This document shows, in pieces, positions 23,101 through 34,326 of a DNA stretch of 36,301 nt (the first letter of the stretch is position 1; each line of letters begins with the position of its first letter). The notes beneath the pieces are model-generated. The model saw only the letters and a program-made list of their open reading frames with translations, was not told the origin of the DNA and searched no databases. This stretch comes from Nemertoderma westbladi (taxonomy: Eukaryota; Animalia; Xenacoelomorpha): NCBI GenBank assembly GCA_032718475.1, contig JAUCBJ010001613.1:1-36301 (forward strand). The letters are read 5' to 3'. The translations under genes were made by a program, and so were the position numbers.

Positions 23101-26072
23101 GACCCAAAGTATGTCAGATACTCAGAACGGACCCAAAGGATGTCAGATACTTTCACACGTACCCAAAGGATCTCAGATACTTTGAACACGTACACAAAGG
23201 ATGCCAGATACTCGACACACGGACCGAAAGGATGTCAGATACTCAGAACGGACCCAAAGGTTGTCAGATACTTTCACACGGACCCAAAGGATGTCAGATA
23301 CTTTGTACACGGACCCAAAGGATGTCATATACTTTGCACACGGACCCAATGAAAGTCAGATTTTGCACACGGACCCAAAGGATGTCATATACTTTGCACA
23401 CGGACCCATTGAAAGTCAGATTTTGCACACGGACCCAAAGGATGTCAGATACTTTGCACACGGACCCAAAGGATGGTAGATGCGTTGAGCACGGACCCAA
23501 ATGTTGGCAGATACTGTGAACGTGTACCCAAAGGAAGTCAGATACTTTGCACACGGACCCAAAGGATGTCATATACTTTGCACACGGACCCAATGAAAGT
23601 CAGATTTTGCACACGGACCCAAAGGATGTCAGATACTTTGAACACGGACCCAAAGGATGGTAGATGCGTTGAGCACGGACACAAATGTTGGCACATACTT
23701 GGCACACGGATCCAAAGGATCTCTGACTCAGATACTGTACTTTGCAGTTGCACACGGACCCGAAGGATGTCAGATACTTTGCACACGGGCCCAAAGGAAG
23801 TCATATACTTTGCACACGGACCCAAAGGATGTCAGATACTCAGAACGGACCCAAAGGATGTCAGATACGTTGAACACGGACCCAAAGGATTCAGATAATT
23901 GGCACACGGACGAAAGGATGCCAGATACTTTGACCACGGACCCAAAGGATGTCAGATACTTGGCACACGAACCAAAGGATGCCAGATACTTTGCACACGG
24001 ACCCAAAGGATGTCAGATACATTGAACACGGACCCAAAGGATGTCAGATACTTTGACCACGGATCCAAGGGATGTCAGATACTTGGCACACGGACCCAAA
24101 GGATGTCAGATACTTTGCACACGGACCAAAGGATGCCATATACTTTGCACACGGACCCAAAGGATGTCAGATACGTTGACCAAGGACCCAAAGGATGCCA
24201 GATACTTTGCACACGGACCCAAATAATGTCATATACTTTGCACACGGACCAAAGGATGCCATATACTTTGCACACGGACCCAAAGGATGTCAGATACGTT
24301 GACCAAGGACCCAAAGGATGCCAGATACTGCCAGACCACGGACCCAAGGGATGTCAGATACTTGGCACACGGACCCAAAGGATGTCAGATACTTTGCACA
24401 CGGACCAAAGGATGCCATATACTTTGCACACGGACCCAAAGGATGTCAGATACGTTGACCAAGGACCCAAAGGATGCCAGATACTTTGCACACGGACCCA
24501 AATGATGTCAGATACTTTGGACACGGACCTAAGGGATGTCAGATACTTTGCACACGGACCCAAAGGATGTCATATACTTTGCACACGGACCCAAAGGATG
24601 TCAGATACGTTGACCACGGACACAAAGGATCTCAGATACTTGGCACACGGAACAAAGGATGCCAGATACATTGCACACGAACCCAAAGGTTGGCAGACAT
24701 ATTGAACACGGACCCACACGAAGGTAGATACGTTGAACACGGACCCAAAGTATGTCAGATACTCAGAACGGATCCAAAGGATGTCAGATACTTTCACACG
24801 TACCCAAAGGATCTCAGATACTTTGAACACGTACACAAAGGATGCCAGATACTCGACACACGGACCAAAAGGATGTCAGATACTCAGAACGGACCCAAAG
24901 GATGTCAGATACTTTCACACGGACCCAAAGGATGTCAGATACTTTGCACACGGACCCAAAGGATGTCATATACTTTGCACACGGACCAAAGGATGCCATA
25001 TACTTTGCACACGGACCCAAAGGTTGTCAGATACTTTGCACACGGACCCAAAGGAAGTCAGATTTTGCACACGGACCCAAAGGATGTCAGATACTTTGCA
25101 CACGGACCCAAAGGATGTCAGATACTTTGCACACGGACCCAAAGGATGTCATATACTTTACTCACAGACCCAAAGGAAGTCATATACTTTGCACACGGAC
25201 CCAAAGGAAGTCATATACTTTGCACACGGACCCAAAGGATGTCAGATACTTTGCACACGGACCCAAAGGATGGTAGATGCGTTGAGCACGGACCCAAATG
25301 TTGGCAGATACTTGGCACATGGACCCAAAGGATGGTAGATACTTGGCACACGGACCCAAAGGATCTCAGACTCAGATACTTTGCAAACGGACCCAAATGT
25401 TGGCAGATACTTTGCACACGGACCCAAAGGCTGTCAGATACTTGGCACACGGACCCAAAGGATCTCAGATTCAGATACTTTGCACACGGACCCAAAGACT
25501 GTCAGATACTTTGCACACGGACCCAAAGAATGTCATATACTTTGCACACGGACCCAAAGGATCTCAGATACTTTGAACACGGACCCAAATGTTGGGAGAT
25601 ACTTTGAACACGGACCGAAATGTTGGCAGATACTATGAACACGGACCGAAACGTTGGCACATACTTTGCACACGGACCAAAGGATGTCAGATACTTTGCA
25701 CACGAACCCAAAGGTTGGCAGACATATTGAACACGGACCCAAACGAAGGTAGATACGTTGACCACGGACCCAAAGGATGTCAGATACTTTGAACACGAAC
25801 CCAAAGGATGTCAGATACGTTGCACACGGACCCAAAGGATCTCAGATACTTTTGAACACGGACCCAGAGGATGTCAGATACTTTGCACACGGACCCAAAG
25901 GATGTCAGATACTTTGCACACGGACCCAAAGGATGTCAGATACGTTGAACACGGATCCAAAGGATGTCAGATACTTTGCACACAGACCCAAAGGAAGTCA
26001 TATACTTTGCACACGGACCCAAAGGATGTCAGATACTTTGTACACGGACCCAAAGGATGTCATATACTTTGC
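20117..26072. repeat. 31-bp tandem satellite, left part (consensus GCACACGGACCCAAAGGATGTCAGATACTTT); about 2 lead units at 20117-20172, a ~240-bp interruption, main array from ~20411
   Basis: 31-nt periodicity with 29/30/32-nt variants and internal block duplications. Confidence 0.97.
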
Positions 26073-26862
26073 TACTACTACTACTACTAGGATCGGCATG
26101 CTGCATTGCAGCTGCATTTTTAAGAATGCTGTGCCGGCTTGTCAACAAAATTGCACCGCCACAACTCCCTATCACCCATGACATTTGCTAGATCATCCGC
26201 ATCTTTAAGGCCAGTGTCCTTTAAGATGCGTCTCAAGAAAGTCATGGGCTGTCCACCATGCTTATTCACTCCATGAGGCTGCCAAAGTACAAGATTATGC
26301 ACTGGCTGGTCCTCACGGCGAAAGCAATGTCCTGCAAAGCGGAGGCGATTTTGTTCTAGTGTCAAGCTTGGGGGAACCAATGAGACACCTCCAATGTTAT
26401 ATAGTGTCTGGTTGGAGATGTGTGCATTGTACTTGACACAATGAACCCGGCGTAGCATTCTTGTGAATGTGCCATCCAGAGATTTGGTGTCCTCAGCAGT
26501 TAGAGCCCAGCATGGACTCCCATAGAGGAGTACTGGAACTACTGCTGCTCTAAATAATCGGACCTTAAGTTTCCGATTAATTCTCGGTGACTTCCAAATC
26601 CTGGAAAGCCTATTCAAGGCTGCCCATGCCTTTCCCTTACGTATTCGAAGGTCCTCACCTGACTTCCGGATCCATGATCCCAGGTAACAGAAGTCGTCCA
26701 CATGCTCAAGCATACCATCCTTTGAGCTTATGCTCATCCGATCAGAGACTTGCTGAGGACTTTCAAAGTTAACTGTCAGAATTTTGGTCTTTCTGGAGTT
26801 AATAAAAACACCAACACTAGAAGCAGCATGTTCTAATGAGCTGAGGAGCCGTTGGGCTCCCT
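26073..26862 (-). mobile_element. RTE-clade LINE 3' fragment (copy 2), 5'-truncated, inserted in the 31-bp satellite
   Basis: (CTA)n at 26072-26089 = (TAG)n tail. Open frame to the stop at 26120 (VGVFINSRKTK, VDDFCYLGS, AGHCFRR). 6-bp TSD CTTTGC (26067-26072 / 26863-26868). Near-identical to copy 1. Confidence 0.93.
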
Positions 26863-29223
26863 CTTTGCACACGGACCCAAAGGATGTCAGATACGTTGAA
26901 CACGGACCCAAAGGATGTCATATACTGTGCACACGGACCCAGAGGATGTCAGATACTTTGCACACGGACCCAAAGGATGTCAGATACGTTGAACACGGAT
27001 CCAAAGGATGTCAGATACTTTGTACACGGACCCAAAGGATGTCATATACTTTGTACACGGACCCAAAGGATGTCATATACTTTGCACACGGACCCCATGG
27101 ATGTCAGATACTTTGCACACGGACCCAAAGGATGTCAGATACGTTGAACACGGACCCAAAGGATGTCAGATACTTTGTACACGGACCCAAAGGATGTCAT
27201 ATACTTGGCACACGGACCCAGAGGATAACACATACTTTGCTCACAGACCCAAAGGAAGTCATATACTTTGCACACGGACCCAAAGGATGTCATATACTTT
27301 GCACACGGACCCAAAGGATGCCAGATACTTTGTACACGGACCCAAAGGATGTCATATACTTTGCACACGGACCCAACGAAAGTCAGATTTTGCACACGGA
27401 CCGAAAGGATGTCAGATACTTTGCACACGGACCCAAAGGATGGTAGATGCGTTGAGCACGGACACAAATGTTGGCACATACTTTGCACACGGACCCAAAG
27501 GATGTCAGATACGTTGAACACGGACCCAAAGGATGTCAGATACTTTGTACACGGACCCAAAGGATGTCATATACTTGGCACACGGACCCAGAGGATGACA
27601 GATACTTTGCTCACAGACCCAAAGGAAGTCATATACTTTGCACACGGACCCAAAGGATGTCATATACTTTGCACACTGACCCAACGAAAGTCAGATTTTG
27701 CACACGGACCCCAAGGATGTCAGATACTTTGTACACGGACCCAAAGGATGTCATATACTTTGCACACGGACCCAACGAGTCAGATTTTGCACACGGACCC
27801 AAAGGATGTCAGATACTTTGCACACGGACCCAAAGGATGGTAGATGCGTTGAGCACGGACCCAAAGGTTGTCAGATACTTTGCACACGGACCCAAAGGAA
27901 GTCAGATTTTGCACACGGACCCAAAGGATGTCAGATACTGTAGTTTGCAGTTGCACACGGACCCAAAGGATGTCAGATACTTTGCACACGGACCCAAAGG
28001 TTGTCAGATACTTTGCACACGGACCCAAAGGAAGTCAGATTTTGCACACGGACCCAAAGGATGTCAGATACTGTAGTTTGCAGTTGCACACGGACCCAAA
28101 GGATGTCAGATACTGTACTTTGCAGTTGCACACGGACCCAAAGGATGTCAGATACTTTGCACACGGACCCAAAGGTTGTCAGATACTTTGCACACGGACC
28201 CAAAGGATGTTAGATACATTGCACACGAACCCAACGGTTGGCAGACATATTGAACACGTACCCAAAGGATACCAGATGTCAGATTCTTTGCACACGGACC
28301 CAAAGGAAGTCAGATTTTGCACACGGACCCAAAGGATGTCAGATACTGTACTTTGCAGTTGCACACGGACCCAAAGGATGTCAGATACTTTGCACACGGA
28401 CCCAAAGGTTGTCAGATACTTTGCACACGGACCCAAAGGAAGTCAGATTTTGCACACGGACCCAAAGGATGTCAGATACTTTGCACACGGACCCAAAGGA
28501 TGGTAGATGCGTTGAGCACGGACGCAAATGTTGACACATACTTGGCACACGGACCCAAAGGATCTCAGACTCAGATACTGTACTTTGCAGTTGCACACGG
28601 ACCCAAAGGATGTCAGATACTTTGCACACGGACCCAAAGGATGTCAGATACTTTGTACACGGACCCAAAGGATGTCATATACTTTGCACACGGACCCAAA
28701 GGTTGTCAGATACTTTGCACACGGACCCAAAGGAAGTCAGATTTTGCACACGGACCCAAAGGATGTCAGATACTTTGCACACGGACCCAAAGGATGTCAG
28801 ATACTTTGCACACGGACCCAAAGGAAGTCATATACTTTACTCACAGACCCAAAGGAAGTCATATACTTTGCACACGGACCCAAAGGAAGTCATATACTTT
28901 GCACACGGACCCAAAGGATGTCAGATACTTTGCACACGGACCCAAAGGATGGTAGATGCGTTGAGCACGGACCCAAATGTTGGCAGATACTTGGCACATG
29001 GACCCAAAGGCTGTCAGATACTTGGCACACGGACCCAAAGGATCTCAGACTCAGATACTTTGCAAACGGACCCAAATGTTGGCAGATACTTTGCACACGG
29101 ACCCAAAGGCTGTCAGATACTTGGCACACGACCCAAAGGATCTCAGATTCAGATACTTTGCACACGGACCCAAAGACTGTCAGATACTTGGCACACGGAC
29201 CCAAAGGATCTCAGACTCAGATA
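26863..29223. repeat. 31-bp tandem satellite, right part
   Basis: Same monomer; abrupt end at ~29223. Confidence 0.97.
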
Positions 29224-29578
29224 ACTGAAGGATTGGTGTTCGGCGAAAGTGTATAAAGCAAGCACTTCCCAAAAGTACTGTTTTGTGGAATTTCTTATAG
29301 TGTATTCCCAGAACAGCTGGTGTGAATGAACTCCATTCACTCTATTATTATATAAGATATAACACCTATATCATATTATCAACATTATGTATATTTGATG
29401 TTCAATTATATTTTATATTCTAGGCCTAAAACATATTTTCATATATTTCCAATACAAATAAATATCCAATTTTTTAAAACAATTATCCTCTTTAAACAGG
29501 ACATTGGATCCAAAAAATACTTCTCGCGAAAAAACGTTTGCATCCACTGGTAATCAATTTTGCATTTTGAGTTTTACA

Positions 29579-29625
29579 CCCCCCCCCCCCCCCCCCCCCC
29601 ATCTAAAATCCTGGGTACGCCCCTG
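29579..29625 (-). mobile_element. Solo hAT-MITE-like terminus
   Basis: Minus strand reads CAGGGGCGTACCCAGGATTTT followed by a G-tract, a common terminus style of invertebrate hAT-type MITEs. No partner TIR seen. Confidence 0.4.
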
Positions 29626-31873
29626 TTGTGTCTGTATTATTTTTAAGCGCCCAAAGGCCATTTGTCCTGTAATAAAACCCCCTATATTGGGATCAATGAT
29701 TTCACCTGCTCTATAACGTCTGTCTGGCTCAAAGTTATAATGTCAATATCTCAGCAACGGCTCGATCCAATTTGTTAGTACAGTACTGTTTAGAGAGGAA
29801 TTCGGTTTTTAAATTTTGAAAATCTCAATATTTTTTTCAGTTAGTTTCAGAGTTTTCACATAAACATTGCATATATATGGACCGACTGACGTTTTATATA
29901 AAAACAATGTTTATCGATTTTGTAGAGAATGAAAAGTTATTCCGACCGTTTTAGTCTCAAGGCCAGGGGATTAGCGGTTCTCGAGATATTGCGTTTCGAT
30001 TTTCGAATATCGGGGATTTTGCGAGTCGCAAATATTCGGCCCCACTTTTTGGGTGGAAGACTCGCTGAAAATGGAAAATTACCCAGATCGAAAAGGTTTC
30101 TACCCCATTTTGGACATTACTATTGGCCCAAAGGGCCAATAGCAAAATATTATAAAAATTAACAAATTATTAAAAGAAATTCCACGAACAATTTCTTTTG
30201 ATTAGAGCCTCATGACTTAGGGTTAAAATACTGCTTTAATTATAGTTTGTGCCTGACCAACAAACCTTAACATAAAAAAAACCAATATCCCAGTGTCAGG
30301 TTACAGAAGGGCTGAATCTAACCAAAACAATAAACAAATGACTATCTGTACAGGTTATAAGATATACATGAGCTCTAAAAAAAACACTTAATAAGTAAGG
30401 AGAAGGAGATATTAAACCAAAATACAAATTAAATTCTACTGATAGTACTCTGTACAGTATAATATAACAAAACCAACTATCTGGAAACTCCACCACAATT
30501 AAACGTTTTAAATTCCTTATTAAGTAGTTCGACCGAAAAGTGAAAACCGAGTAGGCCCTATTCTTCACAAAGCGACCCGCACAGTAACATTTCGGTAAAA
30601 TGTGACCTAAAATTTTCAGAGTCATTCCGTAACTATTAAAATAGCAGGTATGGAACTCTCGTTCTATGACTTTGTAAGTAAGAATGATTGATTCATTTTC
30701 TCATTAAAGAATTTATATCACTCCTTATAGAATTTGAGATATTTGCGGACAAACTTTTCCCCCCTGAGTTCTCAACTTGGGTGGGTTACTTTCGACCTAG
30801 ATAAAAAGAAGAATACGTCGGTAATAGTATATATATTTTTATAATACATACATTGATACTACTTAATCGGCCTGCTGCATTGAAACTGCACATTGATATG
30901 CAGTATGCACTATGCTGGCGTAACAAAAGTGTTTTGCCACATCAATTGGCATGCTCAATGCAACGTGCATTAATAATGCTATGCCTGCTTATCCACATCC
31001 CCCCCCCCCCCCCCCCCCCCCCCCGGCACAATTAGGGTTAAGACTAAGAGACAAGATGAAGATACTTACTGTAGTAAGATAGTCCATGCAACCACAGTAC
31101 TGGTGGGGTGGCATCTCCTTTATGCTGCATGGAAGTGGGTCGTGGTAGGTTTTCTGGATCAATGGACTTACTGTATTTCTAAGTGCGGCCTCACCAAGAG
31201 CTACAGTAAACACCTGTTGCACTCCCCAGGGGAAACTGGTTCTCATTTAGCTACAAGCTCAAGGCAGAGATGCGGCATGACTAGTCCTTTTAAAGTACGA
31301 GATGTCAATTCAAGTCAACAGATTTAACCACTACACCAAGGTGGAACCGGTGCCGGTAACAGTTTAAACATTTACAACAAGTTTGCATTGGTTTAAAGCT
31401 TATTATGACTTATGCTGACTGGTAGTTAGTTCCTATAATCATTAAAAAATGTGGTAACGAGTGAAATGAAAAGTGGGCACCTTAATAGCCTTAACCTAGT
31501 GTCACTAGCAGTAAATGCGAGCCAAACTATTGAAAATTTTTATTTTTTAAAACTTTTAAATTTATTTCTGCTGTAATCCAACTACAGTACCTACATAAAC
31601 AATATATAAACAACGGGTGCTTTAAGTTCAATTAAACTTAGCTCGCAAGAATGCTATACCTGCCAGAAGGCAGCCAGTATTAGGCTGTCAGAAAAAAAAT
31701 AACGAGAAATAACTCTCCCATGTAGTTCCGGGTCCAGCCAGACATCTAAATGCGCGCCGCAGAACCCTAAGGATGCGCACCAGAACCAATGCGCGAAAAA
31801 CATTTGTTGAGAAAACCCTTTCTTACAATCTGTACCACATACCATACAACCCAACCCCATTCCCGTTGTCTTC

Positions 31874-31879
31874 TTTATT
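31874..31879 (-). terminator. Candidate polyadenylation signal (AATAAA) for DDX19
   Basis: TTTATT on the plus strand ~160 nt past the stop codon; alternatives at ~31539-31566. Confidence 0.35.
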
Positions 31880-32036
31880 GTTTTTAGAGTTGGGTAGCCA
31901 AATTCATTGGCTAGAGTTTGGTAAGTAAAGCTGAGTTGGAGCTGAAAAGGAATTAATTGGTCCTTTAATCAGACGAGTTGATAACAACACCGACCCCGGG
32001 CCGCTTACACTATCTCGAATTCTCCCGGTTTCTCCT

Positions 32037-33599
32037 TCAGGTTTGTATCCGTTCTATATCGTCGACGTCGTCGGTGCTCAGCGGGATTATTTTCCTCCCG
32101 AAATGCGACTCGAAACTCCGAAGCAACGACAGATCCGTCTCGCCGCTCACGAAGTTTATCGCGATTCCAGACTTACCGAATCTCCCGGTTCGACCGATTC
32201 TGTGAAGGTAAGTTTCGTAATCGGGTTCCTTTTTCAAATCGGTTGGAATATCGTAGTTAATCACCAGGGATACCTGCTCCACATCGATTCCTCTTGAGGA
32301 AACATTGGTGGATATCAAGACCTTCTCCTTCCCTTCGCGGAACCTGTTTAGTACGGCTATCCGTTGCGAGATATCCAGATCTCCATTGAGTAAGGCGACT
32401 GCATGACCTTCCCTCACCATCCGTTCCGCCAACCACAGAGACGCCCGTTTAGTTCGAGTAAATATCATCGCCTGCCCGACTGTAATAACTGCGTATAAGT
32501 TGCTAAGAGCTTCGAACTTTTCCTCCCTATCTTTACAGAGAACGTAATATTGTTTGATGTTATCCAGCGATTCCTCTTCCCTACGTAGCCGGATTGTTAT
32601 CGCGTCTGGGATGATCTTGAGGGCGAAGTTGATGACGTCGGAGTCGTAAGTCGCGGAGAAGAGGACCATCTGGCATTCGGGGTTGAGGAGTTTGTGGATC
32701 CTGATACTTTGGTCCTGGTGACCCTGTGTCGCAATCATAACATCCGCCTCGTCCAAAACAAACATAACAATTTTGTTCATATCGAGAACGCGGAACTTAT
32801 TGGCCCAATCCAACATGGTGCCGGGGGTCCCTATGATGATGTGCTCGGTAATCCGGTCCCCTTTCCTCACGCGTTCCCCCCTAACCGCGAACTTAAACCG
32901 AATATCCGTGTAATACTTGGCCATCTGTTTGCCGACGTCCCCCGTCTGCAGTGCTAACTCGAACGTAGGCGAGAGACACAATATCTGGGGATGGTTCAGG
33001 GACGGATCCACCTTGGATAACATGGCGACTAGAAACGCAGCGGTTTTTCCGGTACCGGATTGCGATTGGGCAATCAGGTTATTGTGCGGATGGGCGAGGA
33101 GTAAAGGTAATGCTGTCTCCTGGATCTTAGAAGGTTTAATAAACCCGAGAGAATAAAGTCCTCGGAGAATGTTTTCGCTAAGGTTTAATTCTTCGAAGCT
33201 TTTAGCGGAGTAGAGCGGGGAGTTTGGGTTGGATCGCTCGACTACCACTTGATTCCCCGAGTGGACGAGTTTATCGCGAACTATTTTGCGGAGAAGCGAA
33301 GCTTCTTCCGCCGTTATCGCTGTGTCGTCTTCGCCGTCATCGCCGTGGTCTTTAATCGGCGAGGTCCCCGATTGGTAGGTTGGAGACGTGACTCCTGTAC
33401 TCGACGACGGAGGACCGATCGGCGGGTACAACTCCGCAGGATTGCCGTTAGCGGCGTTCGAGATTCCACCGACGGGAGCGTTTAGTCCTCTCGCTGATCT
33501 CGTACCGGTACCGGTACCCGATATGTTCAAGGACCTCGCCTTGGTTACTAGTTGCGACTCCTGCTGATTAACCGCTTGGACCCAATCGAAGTCGGACAT
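32037..33599 (-). CDS. DDX19: ATP-dependent DEAD-box RNA helicase, DDX19/DDX25 (Dbp5) family, 520 aa, single coding exon
   Basis: Start MSDFDWVQAV (ATG 33599). SLLRKIVRDKL N-terminal helix, PNSPLYSAKSFEEL, Q-motif GFIKPSKIQE, AQSQSGTGKT, SPTFELALQ, GTPGT, VLDEADVM, SAT, SRGIDV, YLHRIGRTGRFG. Confidence 0.95.
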   Translation of the reverse strand: MSDFDWVQAVNQQESQLVTKARSLNISGTGTGTRSARGLNAPVGGISNAANGNPAELYPPIGPPSSSTGVTSPTYQSGTSPIKDHGDDGEDDTAITAEEASLLRKIVRDKLVHSGNQVVVERSNPNSPLYSAKSFEELNLSENILRGLYSLGFIKPSKIQETALPLLLAHPHNNLIAQSQSGTGKTAAFLVAMLSKVDPSLNHPQILCLSPTFELALQTGDVGKQMAKYYTDIRFKFAVRGERVRKGDRITEHIIIGTPGTMLDWANKFRVLDMNKIVMFVLDEADVMIATQGHQDQSIRIHKLLNPECQMVLFSATYDSDVINFALKIIPDAITIRLRREEESLDNIKQYYVLCKDREEKFEALSNLYAVITVGQAMIFTRTKRASLWLAERMVREGHAVALLNGDLDISQRIAVLNRFREGKEKVLISTNVSSRGIDVEQVSLVINYDIPTDLKKEPDYETYLHRIGRTGRFGKSGIAINFVSGETDLSLLRSFESHFGRKIIPLSTDDVDDIERIQT

Positions 33600-34127
33600 C
33601 TCTAGGCCTATTGCTCTAACTAAATACTGAACAGCTGAAATATTTACTGAATTATGAAATGACCGCATACACTGCAGCACTGATACAGGAATATCAGAAT
33701 ATGGAATAATAGGGCCTATGCAGCTATGTCAGTATGTATATGTACAGATGTAGGCCTAATACTGTAATAGTACTGTAGTAATAATTAATAAAAGAATTAC
33801 CGGTAGGCCTACACTTCCAACTCAGACACTGCAGCACTGCACACTGCTGCTGTGCTGCACTGTCAAACTTCCCTCAGGCAGACCACAGACGGCAGGTCAG
33901 GATCAGACAATGTCAAACTGTCAACACTGAGCTGCTTAATGATTCACAGCCAGACGCGGTCGCTTCCTGGCACCTGGTACCAGTAAGCAGCCAGGACAGG
34001 GAGGGGATACTGGGATATCATATCACACTACTGTAGACAGCTAGAGGCGCCACTTTTTCACGGCTCGTGTAATTTGTAATTTGGGACATTAATATTCGCT
34101 CTTCCTGCCTTCAGCGGAAATCTGTCT

Positions 34128-34257
34128 ATCTAAACACCCCAATAACACCCCAATGATTATGCTAATCACCCCAATGCACCCCAATGGTTATGCTAATCAC
34201 CCCAGCAGCCCAGTGCACCCCAATGATTATGCTAAACACCCCAATGCACCCCAATGA
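34128..34257. repeat. Short minisatellite (~31-bp unit, CACCCCAATGCACCCCAATGATTATGCTAAT)
   Basis: About 4 imperfect units built from CACCCCAATG sub-repeats. Confidence 0.75.
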
Positions 34258-34259
34258 AA

Positions 34260-34326
34260 GGCGAAAGCAATGTCCTGCAAAGCGGAGGCAGCTTTGTTCT
34301 AGTGTAAAGGTTGTGGGAACCAATGA
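34260..34326 (-). mobile_element. 67-bp internal fragment of the same RTE family (copy 3)
   Basis: GGCGAAAGCAATGTCCTGCAAAGCGGAGGC...TTTGTTCTAGTGT...GGGAACCAATGA aligns to 26317-26383 with a handful of mismatches. Confidence 0.85.

Noticed and set aside
26863-26911. Satellite-RTE chimeric 263-aa protein
   Set aside because: Chance in-frame read-in from the satellite (non-ATG start) into a truncated RTE that lacks the RT catalytic core.
20334-29340. Dozens of overlapping repetitive ORFs as real proteins
   Set aside because: They are translations of a 31-bp satellite in all frames and on both strands, with frequent frameshifts.
33600-33680. N-terminal extension of DDX19 in the ORF track (547 aa)
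   Set aside because: It starts at a non-ATG codon in AT-rich, acceptor-like sequence; MSDFDW at 33599 is the plausible start.
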